Part shown: piece after piece, positions 12,421 through 24,519 of the stretch
Position numbering within the stretch: the first letter of the stretch is position 1
Layout: each line of letters opens with the position of its first letter
Assembly: GCA_963920595.1 (NCBI GenBank)
Contig: OY986948.1
Span: 4,278,001 to 4,342,000 of the forward strand
Origin: Eimeria praecox
Taxonomy: Eukaryota
Length of the DNA stretch: 64,000 nucleotides
Direction of reading: 5' to 3'
Position numbers and translations under genes: made by a program
The notes under the pieces: generated by a model
What the model saw: only the letters and a program-made list of their open reading frames with translations
What the model was told of the DNA's origin: nothing
Databases searched by the model: none

Positions 12421-14029
12421 CTGAACTGAAGCAGCTCCAGATAGGAAACATAGGAGAAATCAGAGTGCAGTTATTGGATCGCTTACAAAGTAAGCGGTGG
12501 CCAAGCTGGAATGGGAAGGGTGAGTTTTGTTTGCAGGATATTTCCTGGGGAACAGTGTACCTTTAAACATCGCTATTCTGTTTAAAATATTGATGCCATA
12601 GCGTAGGCCTTTCAAAAAAGAATAGCCCAACAAAGAGGTGGTTCAGTCCCAAGAAACCTGTACAACTACCAGTCGCCACTCATTAGGATGGCAAGTGCAT
12701 TAAGAGTGCACTCCATTATGTGTGATTCTGTGCTGTCGATTGCTTCACCTCAACACCAAGAGTTGCCCCACTCCATCTTTTCCACTTGTTCAGACGGATG
12801 CTGCCCCTAACTCGGTTGTGCATAGTGAGTAAACACATTTTGGACAGTGCCAGCCTACAGAAGGGGTATCATGAGGCTACAGCTGAGGCATTTATCGTGA
12901 CTACAGTGGCCCGCTTTCCCGTGTGAAGGCAACAGTGGCAATCATGATAGCCATCTAGCATACTGCAATTGTAGGCATTTTAGCCCATACGCGTTGTGGA
13001 CGCTGTCAGAGATCAAACTCTGGTGACACTAGTGGCTAACGGCTCGCCTAGGGCGCCAGTCAGGTTCCAGCATAAAGCATAGCAAAGCAAGGCTACTGCG
13101 AACTAGACAACCTTCTAACGTTACGCAGCCACTTATATGAATAGACGTCCTTACGCTTTGTGGCCTATCCACGGTCTTACTGGCGGCCACACCGATACGT
13201 CTGCGCTTCTCAACCAGTGCGGTTGACAGCGATTATGTTACATCTTGAAGTACAGGGCAACCTGTGGATACCCAACAACGGTTCTGTGCCTGCACCGTAC
13301 GCTGAATCAACGTGCATACAAGGCCCCGGATGAACTGCACGCTTAGAACGAAAGCTTTGTCCATGCTTCCTCTGCACTGAACGCGAATACACTTGGCATA
13401 TACTACGGCACCGGAGGCTGGCGAGGAGACGGAGGCACCCCACGGAACACTTTCCAATCGAACATTCTTCATCAGTTGGAATACAGAGTGGATTGACATC
13501 CCACAAAAGGTTTGTATTTGAGGATGTGGGTCTTCCTCTGGGCATTTGAGGCCACTTGATAGCCGTATGCGACCAGCAACCCGAAAGAAATACTTGCAAT
13601 CTTACATATTGTGAAAGGAAGTGCGGGCCTCCCAGAGGTCTCCAACGCATGAAGAGCTACTAAGCTACACTATAGTGCCCAAACGCGTGTGTGCAGATTC
13701 AGGTTCAAATCTACACCCAGACTGTTGCTCCCAAACGATGCTCAACAAGAGACGTTCATTTCCCGGTATACTTGACGGGCAGTACATTCCTTGAAGAGCT
13801 TCTCGGTACCGCAGCAGGCACGTTATTGCAGGAAAACTTCCACATGTCAAGCACTCTGTCCTGCATCTCCCGTTGGAGTTTCTAAAACCAGTACATCTGT
13901 CACCTATACGTCCTTCGGAAGAAGCTCCAGAAGCTTCCTCACTGTTAGTGTGAGCACTGCACTGTGCGTTAGTAAGTACAGTACACTAACGAGCTGTCAG
14001 GCCTATCACGCCCCGAAACACATCCCAGT

Positions 14030-17000
14030 TCAGGTGAATAATTGCCCTCGCTCCGCTCGCGTGGCCACTTCAGCAGCAACATCTGGCGTTTCTGTGCTGT
14101 CAAGTTCTGAAAGTACCATTGCTGCATCGTCTACAAGCTTCCAATTCCGCGAGACACCCGGCAACTCATCTTCCATAGAGGGATAGTCCAACTGCTCGCT
14201 AGTTGCTCTTGCTAGGCCATTTGATCCCCGGGTACGCGCAAGGTGTGTGGCTCTAGTTAAACGGCTTATAGCAAAGCCTAAACACGCAATTGTGCACAAC
14301 ACTATTAAATAACGAGCCCTTTTCTCTTCCGTTCCAAAAGCTTCGTCGGTCTTCTTGCCTCCCTCTTCCCGTTCTGTTAAGGCCTCTGCAACTGATTCCC
14401 CAGCTTCCGCAGCCAAGTGATAATCTGCACGCACACGCACTTGATCGTGAATATGCAGGCAAATGTGTCGGCAGCAGCGCGCATTCTTCCCCGAAAATCG
14501 CACCATGAAACTGAGCGACGAGCATTGCAAGCGTTGAAGTAACACAAATACACATCAAAGCAACAAGAACCAGCATGCTGTTAGCACGCATGCACGCCTC
14601 GTACATAAATAAGGCAGACCCTTGTGGCTTCCATGAAAGCGTGGACAGACGCGACCAAGTGACACAGTGTAATCGGAAGGAGGAAACAAGCCAATCTTGC
14701 CCCACTTTCACAGCAGACCTGGTGTAGGCTTCCACGTACCTTTAGCATGGGACACAGCACGAGCAGCTTGGGCTACCTCAATGAAATCTAACAGTCTGGC
14801 CATGTACTTTTCCCTATTCATTACATGACTGCTAAGATGTCCTCCATTTTCCACATTTTCCAGCCATTTTATGGGAGCACCGCACGCCTGTACAACGCAG
14901 CACACTTAACTACACAGATGCAATAAGAGGACGAGCAAAGTTCCCATCAAACTTCCGAAGAACATGGGAAAAAGAGGACAACTTAGTTGCCGCATCATTC
15001 ACAGAATTCCTCCTGCATATCCTGTCCAGAGAGGAGCCACCGAGAGCACGAGTGGTGTGAGGTACGTTTGTGGCCTGCAAGAAGTTGCCTCCCTTAGCTC
15101 CGGATACGGTGAGCCCGCTCTTACTTCAAAAAGCCGGTCCGTATGCTCAGGGGGAATCGATTGGTCCTTCCTCCCGCAGAGGAAAAGAGTTGGAACTTTC
15201 AAAGTGCGAACTTTATCAATGTTTGACATGTACCGTCTCTGAGAAGAAAGTACAGCGGCATGGCGCACATGACATCTCCCACCCGTGCGCCCATGTATAC
15301 ACAATTCCATCCCTTGATGTATGCATTTGTGCGCCCCTGTAGCAATGCCGCCTGGTGCGAAACCCGACCAACCGCGGTGTGCATCCAGGATCACAAACGT
15401 AGCGTGAGCGTGCGTAGCAATCCAGTGCATAATGCAACTTAGATAGTTCCCCATGAATTCCTTTTTTTCTCATACAGATTTATGTCGGTGTGGTTTCCTG
15501 TTTCGGCCAGCGTCCAACGCTCTGCCATGCCTGAAATGGAACCTCCTGTGGATATGCCTTACACTGAAGTGCCTCCTAGTAGATTTAAGTGATACTGACC
15601 TGTAGTAAGTCCAAAAACCAGGAAAAACGGCGCATTTCAGGGTGGAACTTATACGCCATTTCCCTCAGCGAAGAGAACGTGTTCTCCACGACCAGACCTG
15701 TGATCTGTAGACACACGAAAGGCCCAAATGCAAAGATGCATGGAAACACAAAGTGAACGGCACACAAGAGTCACGCAGCCCACTACAGAGTGAATCAGCC
15801 ATAACATTATCGTCGGTATGCTCCCCAGATCCAAAGCAACAGCCACGGCGGCAGCACAAGGAACAACCACTACACAAACACGCACAGCAGCACAAGGGAC
15901 AACTTCTCCAGCAGCCTTCACTGCAGGAGTAGTAGCATCTACTGAGATTTTGCTAGCGCTGTATGTGCACACCTCCTCGCCCCTGCGGTTGGCAAGATCT
16001 ATTGCCACAGCACCCCCAAGGCTGTGGCCCAATACAATTATGTCCTTGTTGTTGATAGTCTGGCTGTTTAAAACGAAGTCTAGGATGGCATCAGCGTCTT
16101 TGTATACGCCTTCCTCGGTTGGGGAGCCCTCACTACGACCAAATCTGCAAAGGGAGCATACGCATCCATGCATGCAAACGCAAACCGTGGATAGCACAAT
16201 GCATGCATTAATGTGCCAGTACAAATATGCCAGCAAGCAAAATACACTGGTCGGTCTGTGGGCTAAAACAAATCCGTTCAGACTTCCAAATTGCTCGGCG
16301 TGTCGCCTACCCTCTATAGTCCACGAGGAGGACATTGGCTCCCAGTTCGTGTAGCATGCCTGCGTGGCCTAAACGATAACCCTGATCTGAGCAGTTGGAT
16401 ATAAGGGGACAGTACACACAGGAGTGCAATCATGAAGAGAAATACACGCAAGATAATGGCCACAGAGAAGGGCCGGATCGTGTCGTGCTCTCAGCCTTTT
16501 GGCTGAGGCAATCCACCAATAAGAACATATATTTGGTTTCCATGTGCCCTGAGAGCGATAAAAGTGCCATTGCCGTATGTGTGAACAGCAGCTTCTCTGA
16601 AGGGATCAGCTACACGAGGAGATATCAGCAAGAAAAAAGGTGGAAATGGAAAAATATAAATACGCAACGGGAGGGTAAGAGAAATATGGGCAAACAGAGT
16701 CTACGACACTGCCATTCATAAATGCAAGCAAAGGGACACATTCGGGGGAGCAGATACTGGCCTGCACACAGACCTACCAGAAGTACGAAACGCTGAAAAG
16801 ACGAATGCATGCACGGTGGAGCAAACTATAGAGGAGAAAGAGGGAGAGGGAACGAGAGAGCGAGAGACAGACAGAGAGACAGACACAAAAACATGGAGAG
16901 AGAGACAGGGAGAGGGAGGGAGACAGGGAGCGAGGGAGCGAGAGAGACAGGGAGCGAGAGAGCGAGAGAGACAGGGAGCGAGAGAGCGAGAGAGCGAGAG

Positions 17001-17902
17001 AGCGACCGAGAGAGAGAGGGAGGGAGAAAGGACGAAAAAGCAAGGCCAAGAAGGATAGCGTAGCTTACAACCGTAGTTTCCCTGGAAGCAGATAAAGGTT
17101 GGCGCATTCTTGGGATCCGGCTGTTTCAGAAGCCACCCGTGAAGTTTCACGTTGTCTCGCGTAGTGATGCACACGTCATCAAACGGCAACCCTGAGATGC
17201 AACAAAGGCGCGCGCTGTACATGTGCCCTCCTGGGCCCCTAACCCACTGGGCTTCAGCCAGTAGTTGGCCGGCCAAATAATCTGTATTTGTTGTCACTTT
17301 TTGCCTTACCATATACTTTCGGGCCCTCACGGAACGCAGCGTCTTCTTTAAAATTAGTTGCTGCAAAAATTCCACACCCAGGACCAAACAACGGGGATAG
17401 ATTCCCCACGAACTAGCGGTGACATATAAATGTGCCTCAAGGGCAGCAAATCAATTTTTGCGAATTAAGGTACTTTCACTCCCTGTCTACCGTTTAGTTC
17501 TAGGTCCAAATATTACCATTTGGAAAAAAGAGGAACTTGTCTTGAAAAAAGTAAAAAAAACCTGCACCACATGCGTCCAGCCAGGATACTCGCAAAGCTG
17601 TACGAGAAACTGCAAATAAGTAATAAGCAATGGACGGAAGCAGCTGCGTGCTTGCCGATGGTGTTAGCTCGCCCTTGTTCTCATGGTACGCATCAAGGAA
17701 GGGAGGGCTCTCCAAAGCAGTAGGAATGGGCTCACTCCGCTACATGTACACATAGCACGATACAAACCTCTGAAAAGGAAGCAGTGCCATTTAGTGTGGG
17801 CTCACCAAGTCCAAACCCAGCGAGGGCTGCGCCAACAAGAAATAACGATAGTATTGCCCGAAGGGCCCATTTGATGGCCCAAGGCAAACGCATTGATACC
17901 AT
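14030..17902 (-). CDS. ABHD13: Alpha/beta hydrolase, ABHD13/Bem46 family, with N-terminal membrane anchor
   Basis: Spliced: MVSMRLPWAIKWALRAILSLFLVGAALAGFGL|GFFYFFQDKFLFFPN..GLPFDDVCITTRDNVKLHGWLLK..CFQGNYG..ANVLLVDYRG|FGRSEGSPTEEGVYKDA..VLGHSLGGAVA..GLVVENTFSS..PTLFLCGRKDQSIPP..ENGGH. The Ser-Asp-His triad is intact. The last exon (~14425-14030) is less certain. Confidence 0.88.
16830..17030 (+). repeat. Intronic GA-rich minisatellite (~20-nt unit GAGAGAGACAGGGAGCGAGA)
   Basis: Directly visible purine-rich tandem array inside an intron of the hydrolase gene. Confidence 0.85.
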
Positions 17903-18989
17903 CCCTTCCCTGTGTTGAATCTGCCTCTCTCCTCCTCCGTAACACCTCTATGTCGAGTTACCCTTGCCCAATGCCCGCTACTCTACTCCAGTCTGCCTGT
18001 GTTGCAGGCTCACCTCTCCTCCTCCTCCAGCAAAGATGATGAATGATAGGAATAATGGCTGGGTCGCCTCTGCCTTTTGCCTGAGCTGTATGAACAGGCA
18101 TATATAGGGGTAATATCACCAGTACCAACACAGGAGTTGCCCCCCGAAGTCCTCGCACAACCACTTCCTTAACCGTTGGGCTTGCTTCGTCCGACCTTGC
18201 CGCTTCGACGCTTCAGGGGGATATTCGTTTCACAGGATGATATACGGTAACTGTCTAAGCATTTAGAGAGCAAAAGCTACCTTGCGCAGGCTCTGACCCT
18301 GCGACAAACGCCATCAACTGATCCAACAAACCAGCTCTTCAGCGGATAGTGATTAAAAATGTTAAGAGAGCCGTTTATGCCGCTCAAAAAAACAAATGAA
18401 GCTACACGGAAACGAAAATCCAGTGCCGAAAATTCAGTGGCCACTGGCACTCGGGTTACTAAGTTTCCACTGGTTAACGAGCACGCGCTTCGCCCCGGGA
18501 CGATCGATATAGCCCTTTCCTTAGAGCGTACTCATACGTATATTTTCAATGGAAAGTACTCGGCAAAAAGCTTATGTTGGTCGATTATTGGGCTCTATCG
18601 TCTATTGATGTGTGTGTGGCTTGTGCGGAAAGAGTTGATCACTGCTTGACATCTTACTGCCATTGTGGCGAGCAGCGCTCTCTGCTGCCACCGAACTGTG
18701 CATGCGGACTCTCGCGATATACATGCTAGACTCGAGTAATACCCTTAAAATAACAAATTATTATAGAATAGTCTCATTCCTATTTGGATTCCAAACCTAA
18801 AGGGGGAAGGGTAATCAAAATGCTCCCAAGACTGGCCCCTTGCTATCAGCGCCTACAGTTCCGTTCTCACGACCAGCCCGATCCTGGGTGGCTGCAAGTC
18901 GTTGTTGTTCCGATATTCTTATCTTTTCTCTTTTGCTGATATATTTATATATTGAACAGTCTAATACTATTGTTCCCTCTGGTGGATAG

Positions 18990-21900
18990 ACTTCTAGAGG
19001 TCCAGCTTTACCAGTGTAGCGCTTTTGCCATACAACTATGGCGTGCACCGGTTGCAAAGGTGCAGGAACAGTGAAGCTCGTTAAGACCAGCGGAATATAT
19101 CATTCGTCAATTAATTGCAAACGAATTACTTGGGCTCCTCTAGCGTTGACAGTGCCATACAATACGTTAGGTGGGAGGCTCCATTCCCTACGGTTGCTTC
19201 CTCTGTCACGAACCGTCAACCTTAGCCTGTAAACAACCTTGCTGGGCTGCTCTACACTCAAGGCAGCTTAAGCAAATAGTCCCTTCAAAAGAACAGCTGA
19301 CTTCCATGTCTGTCACATAGGGTTCCGCGCCTCAGCGACAGAGGTCCTGCAAGCCCCCTTTCGATTCACAGAGGAACGCCATACACAGTTCTAAAACATG
19401 TACTTGGTCTCCTCCAACGAACATGAAGGCGAATATAGATACATCCACAGCCTCATAACAGACGCTTCTTCATTGGTCCCTAACCCCTTGTAGCGACGAT
19501 CCTCGACCTTAGTTGAGGACTGTCGCGCGCTCCAGTAGATTCGAAGATTTAACGGGATCTCACCCAGAGAAACTGACATCCCTTCCATCCTTAAAAAGTC
19601 CTGGGCAAAGCAGCACAAGGGCCTGGCGCTGGTGGGGACAAGCGCCAGCCCATCGTGGGGTGCAGCGCACGTTGCCGCGGCTAGTGCAGCAAGGCGGCCT
19701 TGCAGAGAGGCGCATCCACTCCCCTTTTGCTACAAGCGATAAAATTGTAACCATAGTGTACATAGTCGTTAAACGCTTACTTGATTCTCCATATTTACCG
19801 TGCAAGCAAGCAGAGATACGAGTATCAGCTCACGCTGATCATGTTGCATATGCCCGCTCCCCTATCCAAAGCGGCGTACGCCCCCATGGGCCTAGCCGTC
19901 CATGACGAAGAAGAAGGAAAAAAGGTAAAAGGTAAACGGGTAGGCAGATACATGGAGTTGCAGCTTCGCTATGCTACTACGGCCTGTTTACCCGCAGCAG
20001 GTGAGTGGGAGCATGACCAGCGAAGTGGTCTCTGCTCCAAGACGGCAGTTGAGGGTACGGCCGTTTAGGCGGCTTGGGAGCGTCTCCTGGTGAGGGAGTC
20101 CCAACCACGAGAAACGCATGTTAGCGTCTGCCGCCAGAGTACAACATCCAGAAGCGCGTGGGCAGGGCTGATCAACTGTCGGCGGCGGCGTCAGCCTATC
20201 CACAATTAAGGGGACTGCGTTACCAATCACGGAGAAGCAAAGCCCATGGCAGGATTGCAGAAGGCAGATTTTAGCATGCATGAACCTATGCATACGCCAC
20301 TGAAAAGTGAGGCACAACCCACCTATAAGCCGTGTTGCTCGTAGCAAGGTCAGAGTGGCCGCCTCTGAGTGGGGAAACTTGAGCTTCTGACGAACTTTTC
20401 CCGGGAGCACCTACGCTCTCTCCCCCACTCAAGGTGGGGGAGCGTAACCTCATCTTCAGAAGCTCAGGTTTTCCATTCCCTGTCCATTTGTCGGAGTCTT
20501 CTCGTTTCCTCTGGCCATTCGGGTTGTCACAGGCGTTTCAAGGACCTTAGTCTGTTCCAGCTGTTTCAAGCGCACTGGCGTTGCTACCATTTTGTGTGTA
20601 AGAGCTTGGGGAAGGTTTAAGGAATTCCCAAACCGTTTGCGAGAAATAACGTTGATAGCGTGATGTCGTTTCCACGTTAGGCGTATAGCTACAGTGTAGC
20701 CCAATGCGCTAATCCGTGAATGAAAAGCGAATGCTTCAACACAGCGCTTGGTGAGCATCTTCGGCTGTTGGTTCTGCTGTGCTCTTCCCAAATTGTCCCT
20801 ACCCACTTGAACCAAAGCCATCTGTGCTGGACATTACCGTAGAATGCTGTTTGCCGTTGGTACCTGGCGTTCTTGTGCCTTCTTCATGCATCTCAGCGGT
20901 GCTGCAAGCTGTGTATGCACTTCGGCGGATGCGGCAGCGAGGTGCTAGCTACCAGCAGCTGGCTCTAACGTCTAGCCAGTCAATGAAGTTTCCCTGCAAA
21001 TAGGGGACGATGGAGAGCAGCGACTCGAACAGATCACTGTTGCATTATAAACCCATTTTACACAGGGAAAGGAAACAAGCGGCTTTGATCAATTTTGCTA
21101 GGTATAGAGTCTCAAATGCTGCACAAGTGTGCGGTTCGTGCGTTCACTTTGACGCCCACCACCAGGTAGTTCAGGGTTGTCATGCTATGGCCGGTATTCA
21201 GCCTTCTCATGCATTCGCCGAAGAAATAGGCAGCGAGCTTCGACTCCCTGTAAGGAGTGGTGATTTTTGGAGAGTCATATAGCTTCCAGAGTCTGTTGCT
21301 CGCATTGCGGGCAAATGATTGCATACTCCCCTGCTGAAAGACAAATTCTTCTATTCCACTTCAATGAACTATCTACCATTTCAATAGCCTTGCTAGCATC
21401 CCCATGATTTACTAAAAGAAGATCGTGCATTTGCGCAAAATGTCTGCGTGCAGCGAAGCTGGAACGTATAATTGGCGGAGTCCACAATTTGTCTAGAATA
21501 ACAAGAATAATGCGCTCTCAACGCTGTGCGGTTTAACTGCAGCGATATAGAATGAATATGGGAATCATCACAGTTAAGGACTGTTGCAGAACACAACGAC
21601 CAGCAGAGTGCCGTGAGAGCGCCACTCTGCCGAGAATCATCACAGTTAAGGACTGTTGCAGAATACAACGACCAGCAGGGTGCCGTAAGAGCGCGTCAGA
21701 GACAACACCACTGAAGGGCTCTTTCGTTTTTGAAGTCATGGAAGCTATTCTTCAGGTATGTCAACGGTGATGAGCACCGAAATGCCTGCCATGTAAGTCG
21801 AGAAGCTTTTACGCCCCAACCAAATTGCTTAGAGGTCCCTTTCGCATACCGAGTAGGTTTCCTCCCTCTCCATGGAAAGGTGTGAGAAACACGCAATTAT

Positions 21901-22745
21901 TTGGTGATTTTTCTAGTAAATGGACTGATGAGAGAGCTTCATGTGACTTGCACTAGTGGTTAGAAAAAGGGGCTTTGTCGAAATCGTGGAGTGCGAGTAC
22001 CGGAGTCTGTGCCATGTGCCTGATGAGGCGTATGGCTGCTTCTTCTTCGGCGCCTGTCCAAATAAGCTGTTCGTCTTTAATAAGAAGATCTGTCAGAAGG
22101 GCGACAATGCGAGCCAATACAGGGATGATGCTGCGGTAATACGATGCGAGACCAAGACGCTGGACGTCACGCGAGTGTACGGGGGTAGTGCTAACGTCCT
22201 AATCGCACCTGCCTTCGTCAGGTTTGGTTTGACTCCTGCTGCAGAAACAGAGAACCCAGGGTTCAGACATGGCAAACACTTTTTATGCAGGATATATATT
22301 TTTTCTGAAATCTAAAATGTCTTTCCATTTTCAGGCAAGCTTCTTCTCTACTAGTCACTGCAATGCACCAGGCCACCCTGCTTTGAGGATGAGATTCACT
22401 GCTATCACCTGCCCCAGGGAGCCATTCGATGCTACCATCTGTAGCGAGGGTCTTCGATCTGAGCGAAGGGCAGCTGCGGGCTGAAACGGCATCAGAGAGT
22501 AGAAGGGAGAAGCGCCCCAAAGCATCTGGCCTCCCTCCTAACTTTCAGATGTAATAAGGTTCTAAGAGCTTGGGGCTGGTTCGGTAGGCCTGTCTTGGGC
22601 TGCCATGCACCTTGCTGCGACTAGTGCCGCAAGGCAGCCCCACATCGGCGCACAAGCAATCCTTTTGCTACACTCGTGAAACTGGTAGACTGTAGTCTTG
22701 ACTGTCTCTAAACACTCACTTGTTCCTCCATAATAAGCCTGCGAC
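18990..22745 (-). mobile_element. Degenerate Ty3/gypsy chromovirus-type LTR retrotransposon (RT C-terminus, RNase H, integrase, chromodomain, putative PPT, LTR-like 3' region)
   Basis: Minus-strand fragments broken by frameshifts and stops: GFSVSAAGVKPNLTKAGAIRTLALP and DVQRLGLASYYRSIIPVLARIVALLTDLLIKDEQLIWTG..TPVLALHDFDKAPF (RT thumb/connection); IACFSH..TYSVCERDL*AI..VVSDALLR (RNase H); HD..NHG..CPQCEQQ (H2C2 finger); KLYDSPK..GRQSERTNRTLVQHLRLY (integrase core); GPY/F-like and chromodomain-like KRE..KWTGN at ~20480. GAGTGGGGGAGAGAG lies at 20430-20416. Confidence 0.88.
21562..21694 (+). repeat. Tandem duplication with 72-nt period inside the retroelement
   Basis: GAATCATCACAGTTAAGGACTGTTGCAGAA(C/T)ACAACGACCAGCAG(A/G)GTGCCGT(G/A)AGAGCGC occurs at ~21562 and ~21634. 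Confidence 0.92.
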
Positions 22746-23854
22746 CAAGTATGGTTATGAGTACCAACATCACACAGGCACAGCCCTTCAGGCACGCGCA
22801 GCCAATCTCCCTTTCTCTGCATCCGCTTGCATTGTAGACTAACTGAATTGACCCTCCAAAGTAGACCCGCGAACAAATATGATGGGGCTGCTACACAACC
22901 CCCTATGCACACTCAACCACCCCCCTACTTCTGCATGGTAGACTGCGGTATACACAGTTGTTAAACGCGTGCTTTCCCATACATAGGCACAGCGCGCATA
23001 CTTTACCTTCGATAATCAGAATGCCGCCAAGTAGGGATACGAGTGCCAACATCAGAAGGCGCATGCTACAAGCGTCCCTACGTACAATCTAGGGTACAGG
23101 CCACACCGGCATGCGCCCCGCGTCAATACTCCTTTTCCCACATGTGCTTACATTGTAGACTGTAATGCTGATATTTGTTAAGCACGTACTTGGCCTTAGG
23201 AGGCTGCTTGCAATCGAATAAATCAGTACTCCAACTTTGGACAAACTATGCTACACCCGCCCTGGGACAGAAGGTGCTCAATTTATTTGGCCCAACTTAA
23301 GCAACGCAAGTTCCAGGCACTTAGAAACAATACTTTTGGTAATGCAGTGCCTCCACATAGTCGCACGTGTAGCACCGAACTTGCGTGTTACTAATGAGGC
23401 TATGGCGTGACGGAACGCTCCCGGCGTCCGATGGTTCGGGTTGGGATGTTGATGCATGCAAAAAAAGTCCGGGGGTGGGGAGGAAGGTGGACTTTTCAGG
23501 CGTGTTATATCCTCGTTATTTTTCTTAGCACCAGGATACCACAAAAATGCGGAAAGCAACTAATCTCCTTAAATGAAGCATCGAACGGTGGTGCCTCATG
23601 CGATGATCCAAGCGACGCGGCACCCAGATACGGCTGATAACGCTGCTTTATAACCCTTGTTCCAGAAGTATTTGCAGTGTTGCTTCAGTTTGAAACTAGA
23701 TGCTTTTTGTCCCATTTGTTGACGAGCTTTTGCCTGCGCTTTGCTTCACCGTGTTATCTTGGTCGCCCTTTTCGCGAAGCCTTCGCCGCAGAGTTTCGTC
23801 CTGCATCCAGGGGTATAGATTTATCCTTTTTGCTTGTCTGTCCTGCCATCGAGA

Positions 23855-24519
23855 ATGCTGATTCGTTGGAGCTTCGTGCTGTATGCGCTGGTTGCTTGTT
23901 CGCTTTACAGCTGGCGCTGCTCCTCTGCTGCTGAAGATGTCGCTGTTCCCGCGAGGTTCTCAGAAGTGTCGCTTGAAGGCTCGAATGCAGTGATAGCGCC
24001 TGATGTACATGATGCCGTGCTTTTGAATACACAGTACACGATGGAAATCCCGGGGACGAGGGGAATCGTGCGCCTCCTCTTTGGTGTCGCTATCTTACTG
24101 TGGACCATCGCGTACATCTGGCTTGTTACTTACCCTAAGTTGATGTCAAAATTACAGGAATTCTTCATGCGGGCACAACAATTCACTGATGTACTAGCAG
24201 GGGAAGAACCGCGGAGCAAGGCGGAATACATCCTGAAGAGGTGAGACGTTGAGTGGACGGGCGTTTACTGCGCTGTGCAGTTTAAACGCATTATACATAT
24301 ATATACGAGAATGCAGTTGGAAACTTTTCAGGACGTCTGCTGAATCGTTTTCTAGGGGTGTCTGCCTGTGCTTTATTTTGCAGGATTGAGGCACACGCAG
24401 AGGAGAATCCTGAAGAGGTCGCCATGCAGGCTGCTGGAATTGTCTTCGGTTTGCTATTCATGTTCTGGGGTTTGGCTACTATGCGGAAGCCGCGCAGGAT
24501 TAAACTTGTCGGCGTATAA
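23855..24519 (+). CDS. Small two-exon protein (~173 aa) with signal peptide and two transmembrane segments, function unknown
   Basis: Exons 23855-24240 and 24384-24519 join in frame (GT..AG): MLIRWSFVLYALVACSLYSWRCSSA..LLFGVAILLWTIAYIWLVTY..AAGIVFGLLFMFWGLATMRKPRRIKLVGV*. Confidence 0.72.

Noticed and set aside
16774..17107. RE-rich and SL-rich ORFs
   Set aside because: These are translations of an intronic GA minisatellite.
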